A stretch of DNA of 64,000 nucleotides from Rhynchobatus australiae (lineage: Eukaryota): the NCBI GenBank assembly GCA_034780895.1, contig JAUZTB010000070.1:21592465-21656464 (forward strand). The letters run 5' to 3'. Positions 1-11,729 of the stretch are shown piece after piece. Position 1 is the first letter of the stretch. Each line of letters opens with the position of its first letter. The notes under the pieces were generated by a model. It saw only the letters and a list, made by a program, of their open reading frames with translations. It was not told where the DNA came from and ran no database searches. Made by a program: the position numbers and the translations under genes.

Positions 1-71
1 TGTTTTATAAAGTTGGAGCATAACCTCCCTGCTCTTGTATTCAGTGCCTGGACTAATGAAGGCCAGTATCC

Positions 72-133
72 CATTATTAGCATTATTACTAATTATTAGC
101 ATTAGTAGTATTATTAGTAGGATTATTAGTATT
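72..133. repeat. Degenerate (ATT/AGT)n low-complexity repeat
   Basis: Repeated ATTATTAG-like units. Confidence 0.7.
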
Positions 134-324
134 CACAAAGGGGTGACTGAACCATGGGATTAAATTAACACTCAAGACATTAAAGATGCCAGTTAAAAAG
201 TTTTCAATTGTCGAAATTAATTTTCATTGCAGTAGTTGTGAAGCAGGAACAGAAGAGGGGCTCTGATTATTTTTCTTAAATAAGGTACCAGCAACTTTGC
301 AAACAAGTCACCCACAAAACAGCT

Positions 325-410
325 GGCACAGTGGTAAAGCCACAGCCTCACAGCTCCAGAGACCTGGGTTCAATCCTGACCTCCGGTACTGTCTATATGG
401 AGTTTGCGTT
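325..410 (+). mobile_element. Truncated tRNA-derived SINE (V-SINE/HE1-like head)
   Basis: A-box-like GGCACAGTGG and B-box GGTTCAATCC, followed by ...GTCTATATGGAGTTTGC shared with other copies in the window. Confidence 0.7.
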
Positions 411-483
411 GATCAGCTCGGTAAGAGGGCCGAGGATTAGCAAATGGCTTTCAACTCAGATAAGTGTGAGGCATTACATTTAG
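411..483 (+). mobile_element. CR1 LINE ORF2 fragment
   Basis: Translates DQLGKRAED*QMAFNSDKCEALHL, matching the CR1 RT motif W...WQM.FN..KC.V.H. Confidence 0.65.
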
Positions 484-724
484 GGGCAGCACAGTGGTGT
501 AGCAGTTAGTGTAACGCTATTACAGTGCCAGTGGTTGGGGTTCACTTCGGCTGCTGTCTATAAGGAGTTTGTACTTTCTCCCCGTGATTGTGTGGGTTTC
601 CTCTAGGTGCTCCAGTTTCGCCCCACATTCCAAAGATGTACAGGTTAGTAGGTTAACATGGGTGTAATTGGGCAGCGTGGGCTCAATTGGCCAGAAGGGC
701 CTGTTACCGCATTGTATAAATAAA
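484..724 (+). mobile_element. Near full-length V-SINE (HE1-like)
   Basis: tRNA-like head, V-domain (TTCTCCCCGTG...GTGGGTTTCCTC..GGTGCTCCAGTTTC..CCCACATTCCAAAGA) and CR1-type tail GAAGGGCCTGTTACC...AAATAAA. Confidence 0.85.
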
Positions 725-832
725 AGCTTAAAGTGTTATTTCAACTTTTAAAAAAAACTTGCACATTTTTTCTTACTTTCTTTCTGCATACATGTGCAGA
801 ATAACTGGGAGGGATTTTTATTTATATATATA

Positions 833-838
<6 letters not shown>

Positions 839-870
<32 letters not shown>
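839..870. repeat. (AG)16 microsatellite, preceded by a short (TA)n
   Basis: Directly visible. Confidence 0.95.
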
Positions 871-873
<3 letters not shown>

Positions 874-1834
874 AGGAAGCCTTGTACATGTGCTCGTTGC
901 TTGTATGACACTTTATGCAACTGTCAATTAACCTCTGACTGACCGCATCATGTGCCAGTTTACAGCACTTAAGTCCACTGTTCTTAAAGGATAACATTTC
1001 TCCGTGGTAGGATAACACTTCACGGCCGATAGAGGACAATGCCTGAACTTTACATAACAATACTCTAAGTCATCACGAACAATGACACAGGAAATCATCT
1101 AATACATTAAAGAAAATAATAAACTTCTTGCATAAGGCTTAAGACAATAATTTAATCTGGGTTCTGCTGACTTTCATAAACCACTTGAGATTCTCATGTG
1201 GTTTACAATGTCACAAAGAACTGTTCAATTGAATTACTGCCTCATAACTCAATAGAAGCCATCTGTTATTCTGTGTAGTGGTCACGTCACATTACCAAAT
1301 TACCATATTAGATTAACCAACATCACAGGATCCTGTTGAAATCCAGCACATTGAGCTCAACTGAGGATATCCACAACCACTAACATTCCACTGGTTGCAA
1401 TAGACATTGAAGCAGAGCTTGCAGTTCAGATAACTATGTGATCACTGTCAAACCAGGTTCAATAAAATTGCTGAATAATGCATGCATCACTGATAATTTG
1501 ATCCTTGCAGAATATCAGCAAATACTTATGCCAAGCTTTTATAGTGCAGATAGTAAATTATATTGAACATCTGACTTGTAAAAGAGCGATTTTGTTTCTT
1601 TCAGGGAGATAATGCCATTTATCTCTTGATACTATTGTCATATCCCTTACATTTTACCTGACCAAAAAGGGAAGACCACTTGGCTATTTTCATCATTTTT
1701 ACTTTGCAGCTCAAGTATGAGAAAGCCACCTCAGATTTTCTTCCTTCTCCCTTGATAGCAAACCCTGACCAGGAATAGACCAATGGAGCATTGAACCGCT
1801 TGTTTAGGAGCAACTCTCGAAGGTTGTGAAATAA

Positions 1835-2400
1835 AGGCAGAAAATGCTGGAAACACTCAATGGGTCAGGCAGCATCCGTGGAAAGAGAAACAGAATTAAT
1901 GTTTCAGTTCAGCTACTCTCTGGGAAAAAGAGACAGAAAAGTTCATTTTAGGCTGCAGAGAATGTGGCAGGAGGGAGAGATAGGACAAATGGAATGTCTG
2001 TGTCAGGATGAGACCAGGTTAAGTGAGAAACTGGGGCAGTTAGAGGTGTTGCTAATAGTAGGGCTGTGGGACATTCCCAACAGGTCTGTCTGTTCTATGA
2101 AAGAGAGGTAAACTGAGCTAAAATCCCAGGTGGATGACTGGCAGAAGCAGCCAGTTCTGCTACTGACAGAAATAATGAATTACCTGAAGTTAGAGAATTC
2201 AATATTGAGTCTAGAAGACTGTGATGTACCCAGATAGAAGATGAAGTGTTGTTCCGCAAGCTTGCATTGGACCTCATTGTAGCAGCACAGGGGAGCCACA
2301 GACAGAGAAGTCTGCGTGAGAGTGGGATGGAGAATTAAAGTCCAGGCAACCAGCTACTCAGGGTTATTCCTACTGACTGACCACAGGTGCCCCACAATCC
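1835..2400 (-). mobile_element. Penelope-like element 3' fragment (GIY-YIG C-terminus plus terminal repeat)
   Basis: Reverse strand reads approximately FNSPSHSHADFSVCGSLCCYNEVQCKLAEQHFIFYLGTSQSSRLNIEFSNFR. It is followed by the family terminal motif (plus strand AAATGCTGGAAACACTCA..GGTCAGGCAGCATC). Confidence 0.8.
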
Positions 2401-2618
2401 GCAGATTCTGCCATAGGTCGAGCAGGTGGTGTTTTTTGGAGGAGATGGATGGATAGAATGGGAAGTGGTGAGCTCCCTCCGCTGTTTTTGCTGGACTTTT
2501 ATGTGTTCCTGACAAAAAGTCTCAAGTGTTCAATGCAATGCCAAATGCACCAATTTCCATTTTGAGGGACCGTATCAACAACAAGTCTGTTATGATAAAA
2601 TGGCACTTAATCCTTCAC

Positions 2619-3245
2619 AAACATAAGAACATAAGGAATACAAGTAGGAGTAGGCCAATTAGCCCCGTATGCCTGCTCCACCATTCATTCACATCATGGC
2701 TGAGCTATTCTTGGCCTCAACAACATTTTCCTGCTCCCTCCACATGCCCCTTGAGTCCCTTCAAGTTCAAATGTCTGTCATTCTTAGCCAGTGATATATT
2801 TAATGAGTCAATTTTACAGCTCTCTGGTCCAGAGAATTTTGAAAATTCACAATTCTCTGAAAGATAAATTCTTCCTTACTTCCAACTGAAATGGATAAGC
2901 TCTTACTCTGAAACTGAGACCCCCTAGTTCTAAATAGCCCCACTAAAGGAAACAACCTTTCAACCTCCACTGTGTCATTCACCCTCCATATCTTATATGT
3001 TTCAATAAGGTCACTCAGAGACATAGAGTAATCCCCTATCCATGTTCCTATCCATGTACCTGTCCAAGCGCCTTTTAAATGTTGTTAATGTACCTGCCTC
3101 AACCCTTCCATTGGCAGCTGATTCTGAGTGAAAAAGTTGCCCCTCAGGTTCCTAGTAAATCTCTTCCCTCTTAACCTAAACCTATGTCCATTAGTTCTTG
3201 ATTCCCCAACCATGCGAAAAGACTGTGGACATCCACCCTATCTAT
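2619..3245 (-). mobile_element. Two adjacent CR1 LINE 3' ends
   Basis: AACATAAGAACATAAG...GGAGTAGGCCA tail at 2619 and a second, different CR1 3' segment from ~3021 that is reverse-complementary to the copy at 10.8-11.0 kb. Confidence 0.8.
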
Positions 3246-3249
3246 GCTC

Positions 3250-4620
3250 CTCATTCTTTTAAACTCCAAAGAGATAAGCCCAAACTATTCACCCTTTCTT
3301 CAAGTCTCAATCCTTTTATCCCAGGAATCAACCTGGTGAACCTTCTCTGCACTGCCTCCAATGCAAGATTACTCATTCTTAAATATGGAGACCTAAACTC
3401 TGCACAGTAGTGCAGGTCCGATCAGTGCCCTGCATTGTTGCATCAAAACTCCTCTACTTTCAAACTCCATAATACTTGTAATAAAAACCGACTTTCCATA
3501 AGCTTTCTTAATTATTTGCTGTACCTCCATGCCAAGCGTTTGTGGTCAATGTGCAAGGACACCAAATCCCTGTGTACCCCAACATTNNNNNNNNNNNNNN
3601 NNNNNNNNNNNNNNNNNNNNNNNNNNNNNNNNNNNNNNNNNNNNNNNNNNNNNNNNNNNNNNNNNNNNNNNNNNNNNNNNNNNNNNCAATGTGCAAGGAC
3701 ACCAAATCCCTGTGTACCACAACATTTTGTAGTCTGACTTCAATTAAATAGTTGCTTTTTCATTCTTCCTTCCAAAGTAGATACTTTCACATTTTCCCAC
3801 ATTATATTCCACCTGCCAACTTCTTCCCACTCGCTTAACCTATATATATTCCTCTATAGGCTCTTTGTAAACTCCTCACAACTTTCTAACCCACTTATCC
3901 CTGAATCATCAGCAAGTTTGACCACAGTACATCTAATTGCAGCATCCAAGTCATCAATATTGATTATAAATAGCAGAGATCTCAGCGCACCACTAGTTAC
4001 TGTTTGCCAAAATGAAAATGATCCAGTTCTCTGAACTTTTGGTTTTCTGTTTGTTCGCCACTCCCAAAGCCATGGCAACATCTAAGCCCCAACACCATGC
4101 ACTCTTATCTTGTGCAGTGACCTTTTCTGTGGCACCTTATCAAATGCCTTCTAGAAATCCAAACACACTGCATTGACTTGTTTCCCTTTATCCACTGTGT
4201 GTTACATCCTCAACAACTTTAGCAAATTTGTCAAATGTGATTTTCCTTTCATTTAATGACATCACACTCCGCCACTTCCGCCATCTCCAAAGGGACCCCA
4301 TTACCAAGCAACCCCTTCTAATGACATTGATTGTTTAATTATCTTGTGACTTTCTAAATGATCTGCTGTTACCTCCTTGATAATGCATTCCAGCATTTTC
4401 CCAATGACAGATGGTAGGCTGACAAGCCTGCAGTTTCCCAGTTTCTGCCTCCCTCCCTTCTTGACAATGACATTTGTGGTTTTCCATTCTTCTCAGATAG
4501 CTTCAGAATACAGGGTGATTTTTGGAAAAATGCAGCCAGCACATACACTGTCCTTAGGATGTAGACCATCAGGTTCAGGGAATTTGTTATTCTTTAGCCC
4601 CATTAATTTTCCTGGTACTA
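3250..4620 (-). mobile_element. Decayed CR1 LINE ORF2 (RT) with an assembly gap
   Basis: Minus-strand peptides such as LLFIINIDDLDAAIRCTVVKLADD (CR1 LF.IYINDLD...KFADD) and sequence similar to the GNYRPVSLTS..GK region at ~4400-4450. Confidence 0.85.
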
Positions 4621-5239
4621 GTTTGTATTATGATTTTATAGCCCCTTTATTACCTATTACTATTGAGATGATTTTAGTGCCTTATGCTGTGTTTCTGCAT
4701 GTAGTAGCTGTCAAACTTTAAAGTGCCCAATGTATGTTGAAAAATCTTTTATGATTTTCTGATTTATCCAAATTTACAAGGGGCCAAACACAAAATATTT
4801 TCCCATTGCCCAGCCATCATGCCCCTTGTAAACTTAGTCTGCTCTACAATTCATCAGGAGCAATACTGCAGGGAAATTACAAACTTAAACACAATGGTCA
4901 AAAATCTCTCAGCGGGAATCTATCACAATGAGGTTTTGCTTTTCCCTGGAGTGATGTATTGGAGATAGGAGCAGACACATTTCCAAAGGAAGATGAGACA
5001 ATGTGACATTGAAAGTGAGTGTCCAGGGGAGAGAACAGAATAATTAGGGACACTCTGGAACAAATAAAATAAAGAAAAACTTATCTCAAACTTTGGAGCC
5101 ATTTGGAAAGTCCATATTGTATTTAATGACAGATTCAATTTGGGATGGGCACTTTAACTTAATCTATACCAGGGCTTTTCTCTCCATTCAGACTTCTAGC
5201 AAGAAAAGCCCAAGCATTTTCTGAAGCATCTACATGCTT

Positions 5240-7456
5240 AAACATTGCAGTAAATGTCAACTATGTAATGCATACCAATTGACATCAGGGCTGTCAGTCC
5301 AGCAGTCTCCATGTGTGAGCACTTCACAGACCTGAAGGACCACGCTTCCTCAACCAGCTTCATTAAAATAGATTTTTTTCCACCTTTTCTTGAAAGTATT
5401 ACAACACAGACTCCACTGTGATTGTCTCCCTGATTTGTTTGACCCCCCACCATAGCCTTGTTAGTAACCTGTCTGAGTGGCTCAGACATCTCACTCAGAG
5501 AGGGCAGGAACTTGTTCAGATGGTTGACAAACCCCAGAAATCTTTGCACTCCTGCCACATCTGTCCAGTTTGACATCTTCTTCATTGCTCTGACTTTTGC
5601 TGGATCTGATTTCAGACCATCTCTACCATCAAAAAATATTTCATTTTAAACTTCCATTTGTTCTTGTTCAGCCTCCTTTGCTTCTGTCTGCATCTGTTTG
5701 TCAGGGCCCTCAGCTTTCAGTCATGGTATAACTCTGCTTCTTTTACTTTCTCTTCTTCTCCAAAGATCTATATGTTATCTGCTCCGATCTTCACACCACT
5801 AAGACCATCAAGCATCAAGTCTTCATTAAAATCCCTCAGCATTATATTGATTAAGTATGGCATCTTCCTCTAGCTAAGTTGAAAATGAACCCTGCTCATC
5901 GAGCTTTACATGTTAGAACTCATACATGGTTTAAGNNNNNNNNNNNNNNNNNNNNNNNNNNNNNNNNNNNNNNNNNNNNNNNNNNNNNNNNNNNNNNNNN
6001 NNNNNNNNNNNNNNNNNNNNNNNNNNNNNNNNNNNNNNNNNNNNNNNNNNNNNNNNNATTGACCTGTACAATCAGTTTGTAAGACAAGCTTTTCACTGTA
6101 CCTCGGTACAAGTGACAATAATAAACCAATACCAGTATCAATGGAAAATCACTACCTCTGCTTCCTAACTAGCACAGGAGGGTATCTAGCATCTCCGTTT
6201 CCCAGTTTTGTAAAAGGCATCTGTATAATCATCTGTGTGGCTGAAGTGATTATGTACATTGAATCAATCTTTCTGATCCTGTCATGATATCTGCTGGACT
6301 GCACTATTTAAAAGGAGAGAGGTGAGACATCTGTCCGATCTACCAAGCTGAAATTCATATTGTATCCTTCATGAGTCCTGAGGTTCACAACGTTCAGGGA
6401 GCATTTTCCCGTAAATTTCAGTGTACTCTTGTTCTTCATTGACAGTACATAAAATTCGTTGATTTCAACTGCAGCATCTCAAGACTGATGACTTTTGAGG
6501 AAATTATACATTGCTTCAGAATCAAGCTGAAATGTCACTGGTTACCCTTCCCCTTACATCAACGTCTTGACATCCAGGAGATGTTCCTTTTCCAGAATTG
6601 ACTTTGTTTGACAATAGGTACATTGTTTTCAAGTGATGTTCTGAATTTGACCCTGTCCCTGATCCTCCACAGCTCATTTCATCCACTGCATGGAGTTTTG
6701 ATGTCTATTGTACACTGTTTGTAGGAATCCACATTGTGTACATTCTTTCCTACATAGGAATTTTTTTTTAGCCATACATGTTGCCATCTACAACACATGT
6801 GACATCTGGGCAGCCTTGGTACTGCTCTACCTGTTCTACCCTTTGTCTCACACGTCAGCACATGTACATCCTGTGTTGGTCATCCAGTTATTTTGTAGCC
6901 TGGCTCTGGAAAGCTCTACAGCTTTGTACNNNNNNNNNNNNNNNNNNNNNNNNNNNNNNNNNNNNNNNNNNNNNNNNNNNNNNNNNNNNNNNNNNNNNNN
7001 NNNNNNNNNNNNNNNNNNNNNNNNNNNAACTATGAAATTTCCATTATCTGCTAACAAGCTTAGCTCCATTATTGAAGTATCAAAGGATTTTCCTGTTCCT
7101 GGTTATGTGTAAACATCCAGTAATGGTTAACTGTTTAATTACTAGCAGGATTGTCATATGTTTATGATGCATCAAGGGCACACTCCAGGGATCCATTTTA
7201 AGGGCTGTTTAGTTGGGTACAATGCTTCCTTCCACTGTCCATTCTTTAGATAGATTACATGTCTGAAAATTCAACTGTTTGGGTGCTTTATTTGTTCCAT
7301 CACATACACTCGCAACTGAATCACAGAGCTCACTGTCTCTCAGTGGGCATCCATGTCTTAACTCCATGGAGAGGGATTAGATCAGGTGTATGATATGTTG
7401 AATCAGTCATGGCATCTATATCTTGTATTTCATCAACTGACACTTCCGACACATTG
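5240..7456 (-). mobile_element. Degenerate Ty3/Gypsy LTR retrotransposon internal region (gag-pol relic)
   Basis: In order on the minus strand: PBS-like site (7441-7454), Cys-rich knuckle-like region (~6720-6810), protease-like VTFQLDSEA (~6510-6538), RT LDGLSGVKIGADNI*IFG (~5760-5812), and DVAGVQRFLGFVNHLNKFLPSLSEMSEPLRQ (~5465-5565). Contains stops and frameshifts; LTRs were not resolved. Confidence 0.8.
6058..6141 (+). mobile_element. Non-LTR retrotransposon 3' tail (Rex1/Babar-like) nested in the Gypsy relic
   Basis: AAGCTTTTCACTGTACCTCGGTACAAGTGACAATAATAAACCAATACCA tail adjacent to the gap. Family assigned from memory of similar tails. Confidence 0.55.
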
Positions 7457-7599
7457 TCTCAGTTCCTTTCTAAGATACTTGAAATAGTTGGAAATTTAAA
7501 CTATCAACAGAGGTATTTTATTTATGAACCATCTTATAGAGCCAACTGGCTGCTTTTAGTTTTGTTTATAAATTAGCCTATGTCTTGAACCTTTCTCAC

Positions 7600-8040
7600 C
7601 AACACTAGACATGTGGTTAGTCACATGAAAATATCCTTCAGAGGGTGACAGTATTGAAGGAGCCATCCATGGGCCCAGATGACATTTACAGTATGTATAT
7701 TACAGGGCAGATGGATACTCAGGATGGTGGATATGGTGCTTTGACCAGGACAGTGTCAAGCTGATTTAATGCTGTTGAACTTCTAGCTACCTGAGAAAAC
7801 GGAGCATCCCATAACTTCTGACTAATGAAGAAGCAATGGGATATCCAGAAGTAAGCTACTTTCCTCAGGATACTCAGTCCCTGACCTGTTGCAATAGCAC
7901 AGCATTTATGTTCCTCATCTGTTTGAATTTCTAATTAATGGTAACCCTAGAGACATTAATGGTTGAACTCTCAGCAAGAATAATATAACTGAATGTGAAG
8001 GAGAGTTGATGATCACTCGTTGGAGTTGATCGTTATTTGT
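7600..8040 (-). mobile_element. Old CR1-like LINE fragment
   Basis: Highly diverged; resembles the reverse of a CR1-like ORF2 3' region. Confidence 0.45.
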
Positions 8041-8164
8041 GATTAGACTACTTCATTGATCACTTTGTAACATCTTAAGGTCCATAAAGGGACATTATAA
8101 ATAAAAATTATTTCTTTCTAAACCACTATCTAATTGCAAGTTATTCTAACTGATTTAGTTAGAG

Positions 8165-8425
8165 GAGAGAAAAACAGAACACCGGAAGAACTCAGTGGCT
8201 CAAGCAGCATCTGTGGAGGCAAAAGGTGTGAGTCGAATTTACAGGTGGAGACCCTGCATCGGGACTGAGAGCGAAGAGGAAAGATTGCCAGTATATAACG
8301 GTAGGAGGGAAGGGTGAGACGGAGCCTGGTGGGTGATAGGTGGAACAAGATGGAGAGGGAATGATGAGCAGATGGATCCAGGTGGGAGGAGGGAGGGGGT
8401 GGGGATGGGAAAGGTGAGCAACAGG
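8165..8425 (-). mobile_element. Penelope-like terminal repeat
   Basis: GGAAGAACTCAGTGGCTCAAGCAGCATCTGTGGAGG plus a purine-rich segment; reverse-complementary to 24890-25145. Confidence 0.75.
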
Positions 8426-8789
8426 AATAACTCTTCTGTCTTTTTGAAACAGAGCTGCAGGTACTCTGATTACTCACCATCTTGTCTAGACCCTGGATCC
8501 AGTGTATTGCTTGGCCAAGATTCAAACCAGCCATGTTCATGCTCTGGCATTGTACTCTCTCATAAACTGAAGCTCCACCTCTGCCATTCACAACAGGTTA
8601 CAGCAGAGACATGAGATTCAACCATGCATGAAGTTCACCAATATATTAAAAATGGGTTCTTGGGAGTGACTTAAAAGCAGTAATCTTATCTCAGGTTCAC
8701 ACAACAGATGTGAACTTTTTGAACTTTGTTCTCAATAAGGAAAAAAAACATATTTATTGTTTTGTAAAGTTAAAGTATATTGTACCCTA

Positions 8790-8990
8790 TATGATTTTGC
8801 ATATTTAAAAATACTTTACTGCCAGTGAGGTAATTTTTGGATTGCAGTCACTGTAGAAAATTGAGCAACTATGAGAGCAATGACCTGCAAACAGCAATGA
8901 AATGGTGATCATCTGATCTATTTTTGTAGCATATTGATTAAGGCATCAATAGGTGATGTTCCCATGTCTCTCAAAGGGGACATAGAGATG
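8790..8990 (-). mobile_element. Deu-domain SINE remnant (SacSINE1/AmnSINE-like)
   Basis: GCAGTCACTGTAG...CAAACAGCAATGAAATG...ATCTG similar to the copy at 24440-24785. Confidence 0.55.
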
Positions 8991-9059
8991 GGTGTGAGAC
9001 TGGGGCAATTGGAATCCATGAAAGTTCTTTTGCTTTCCTCTTTCAGCCTTTGCCTTGCC

Positions 9060-9895
9060 TTATTTCTTATTTTTTTATATTTCTTTGAAGCCATTCCCTT
9101 CCATCTTTGGCCAAAGATTCCATCCTTTTCTCAGGGAAATTATCTGGGATTAAACCATACAATTCAGAACCATGGTGTCATGTTAGACGCTGTTAAGTTT
9201 TGGATTACATTTCTAAACCATTTCCAAGTCTGCCTTTTCAATCGTTGTGTTATTGTCCGATTCTATCCCCATTTCAGCCAACCTGCTGTTTCTTCTCCTT
9301 CTAGTCTTCAATTGTCCCACTCATCCCTGGCCAGCTTACCTTGTTCTACTTTTTGTCAACTTGAGGTCATCCAAAACTTTGCTGCCTGTGCCCTAACTTG
9401 TACCACATCTCATTACCCATCACCCCTGATCTTGCTGACAGACGTTAGCTACCATTTCCGCAATACCTAAGTTTAAATTTATCATTCTTGTTTTTAAATT
9501 CCTCCATGGCCTCCTGCCTCTCTACATCAGAGATCTCCAGCCCTGTAACACTCTTGTGTATCTTCACTTCTGGCCTCCTGACTATCTTTGAAATATAGAA
9601 CATAGAACACTACAGCACAGCACAGGCCCTTCGGCCCACAATGTTGTACCAACATTTTATTCTGCTCTAAGAACTATCTAACCTTTCCCTCTCACATAGC
9701 CCCCTATAACTGCTCCCAAGCCTTCAGCTGGCAGGAATTATTTCCCCAGTCTTCACCATCAATCTATCTCTCTGCTTCTTTGACCGATCCCTTGTCATCT
9801 GCTTTATTATTGACTCAGTCAAAATTTGTTTGCTAATGATCCTGTAAAAAACCTTGGGACTTTTTGCTATGTTAAAGCTGCTTTCTTAAGTTGTT
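9060..9895 (+). mobile_element. L2 LINE 3' end, interrupted by a CR1 tail
   Basis: ORF 8934-9470 contains LASLPCSTFCQLEVIQNFAACALT (L2 L.GLP...L..LQ.IQN.AAR.LT), followed by an FKILIL.FK.LHGL-like segment and a 3' UTR. Confidence 0.75.
9593..9705 (-). mobile_element. Short CR1 3' tail inserted into L2
   Basis: ATAGAACATAGAACACTACAGCACAGCACAGGCCCTTCGGCCCAC: tandem-repeat tail plus the conserved CR1 hairpin. Confidence 0.8.
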
Positions 9896-10094
9896 ATTTC
9901 TTAGTTTAGAACGTTGATCTGTGAACTCACTGAGGTATTTGAATACAAGAGATAGGGTAGATGCAGAGAAACTATTTCAATGCTGAATCTATTCAAAACA
10001 AGAGTGCTTTCTCTTACACTATAACTTAACCCTTGAGCAATGAAATTAGTTTTTCACACAAATGGCTGTGAAAATCTGGAACTCTATTCACCAA

Positions 10095-10630
10095 TTTCCC
10101 TGAAAGTGGCGTCACAGGTAGACAGGGTGGTGAAGAAGGCTTTTGGTGCACTGGTCTTTATCAGTCAGCACATTGAGTACAGAAGTTGGGATGTTATGCT
10201 GCAGTTGTACAAGATGTCCGTGAGGCTGCACTGGGAATATTGTGTTCAGTTTTGGTCACCCTGCTATAGGAAAGATGCCACTCAGCTGGAAAGATTGCAG
10301 AGGAGATTTATGATGATGTTGCCGGACTTGAAGGACTGAGTTACAGAGAGAGATTGAGCAGGTTGGGACTTTTTCCATTGGAGCACAGGGGAATGAGGGG
10401 TGATCTTACAGAGGTGTATAAACTTATGATGGGCATAGATAAGGTGAATGTCCCAGGGTTATGGAATCAAGAACTAGAGAGCACAGGTTTAAGGGGAGAG
10501 GGGAGAAATTTGATAGGAACCCGAAGGGCAACTTTTTCACCTCGAGAGTGGTCTGTGTGTGGAATGAGCTGCCAGAAGAAGTGGTTGAGGCAGGTACATT
10601 AACAGCATTTAAAAGGTTCCTGGACAGGGG
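10095..10630 (+). mobile_element. CR1 LINE ORF2 C-terminal fragment
   Basis: SLKVASQVDRVVKKAFG...QLYKMSVRLHWEYCVQFWSPCYRKD...LGLFPLEHRGMRGDLTEVYK...FFTSRVVCVWNELPEEVVEA. Confidence 0.93.
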
Positions 10631-10714
10631 AATAGTTTTTGGCTTGTTAGACAGCCTGAGATTTCAGAGCCCGTGGACTCATTAATATTTGTTTACATCA
10701 TCTTTTCCAATCAC

Positions 10715-11105
10715 AGTTGGTCTTGAGCGTAGGAGACTGAGGGGTGATCTTATAGAGGTGTATCAAATCATCAGGGGTATAATTTGGGTCCTTTACCCAT
10801 GGTTGGGGAATCAAGAACTAGAGGGTACAGGTTTAAAATGAGAGGAGAAAGATATAATAGGAACCTGAGGTGCATCTTTTTCACACAAGGTTTGTACATG
10901 TATGGAATGAGTTGTAAGAGGAAGTGGTTAAAGCAGGTACAATAACAAGATTTAAGAGACATTTGGATAGGTATGTGGATAGGAAAGGTTTAGAGGGATA
11001 TGGGTCAAATGTGAGAAAATGCAACAAGCTCAGGTGGGTATCTTGGTCAGCATGGACAGGTTGGGCTGAAGGGCCTGTTTCTGTGCTGTCTGACTGTATG
11101 ACTCG
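10715..11105 (+). mobile_element. CR1 LINE 3' end
   Basis: LERRRLRGDLIEVY...AGTITRFKRHLDRY, then a 3' UTR ending TGGGCTGAAGGGCCTGTTTCTGTGCTGT...TATGACTC. Confidence 0.92.
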
Positions 11106-11224
11106 AAAGGCATGGAACATTTGCACAAACTGTAATTAAAACTTGTGTACGTTTTTGGTGGGAGGTTGGAGATGAAATTGATCCCATTCACACCATCTCG
11201 CCAACCCCAACCCCTCAAAAAAGT

Positions 11225-11365
11225 TGAGACACAAGAGACTGCAAATGTTGGAATCTGGAACAAAACAAAACTAACTGCTGGAGGAACTCAGCAGGTCGGG
11301 CAGCATCTGCGGAGGGAAATGAACAGCCGACATTCTGAGTTATGAAGGGTTATGAAGACCCCAAA
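11225..11365 (-). mobile_element. Penelope-like terminal repeat
   Basis: GACACAAGAGACTGCAAATGTTGGAATCTGG...TGCTGGAGGAACTCAGCAGGTCGGGCAGCATCTG. Confidence 0.75.
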
Positions 11366-11729
11366 AAAGGTTGACCATCACCCTATTTGCACAAGAACTT
11401 CGTGAGATAATAGCTTTAACCTTTCTNNNNNNNNNNNNNNNNNNNNNNNNNNNNNNNNNNNNNNNNNNTACATCGATTTATATTCTACCTGAGACTCTAA
11501 CACTGCGCAAAAATACTAACTGTAAAATATAACAATTCTAATCGTCCCCCCCATTATCCCTTTGAAAGGCTGAATAAGGAATCTCTGCACAGAGGCTGAT
11601 AGACAATGAAGATAATTCAATGCCTGGGGTGGGGAGGGTGGTTGAAAATGCAAGGCCCCCATGTTTAGTTAGATTAACAGGTTTTTTTAAAATTATATAT
11701 AAACAAAAACATTTTTTCATGACAATGAT

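Noticed and set aside
325-560. tRNA-like A/B-box sequences
   Set aside because: They are SINE heads that continue into V-domain sequence and do not form a complete cloverleaf; not tRNA genes.
3547-3725. Apparent direct repeat CAATGTGCAAGGACACCAAATCCCTGTGTACC on both sides of an N run
   Set aside because: Same sequence on both sides of a 100-N placeholder gap: an unmerged contig overlap, not a biological tandem repeat or CRISPR-like array.
8934-9470. 178-aa ORF with a hydrophobic stretch
   Set aside because: The C-terminal part is decayed L2 ORF2 and the hydrophobic part derives from T-rich sequence; not a host gene.
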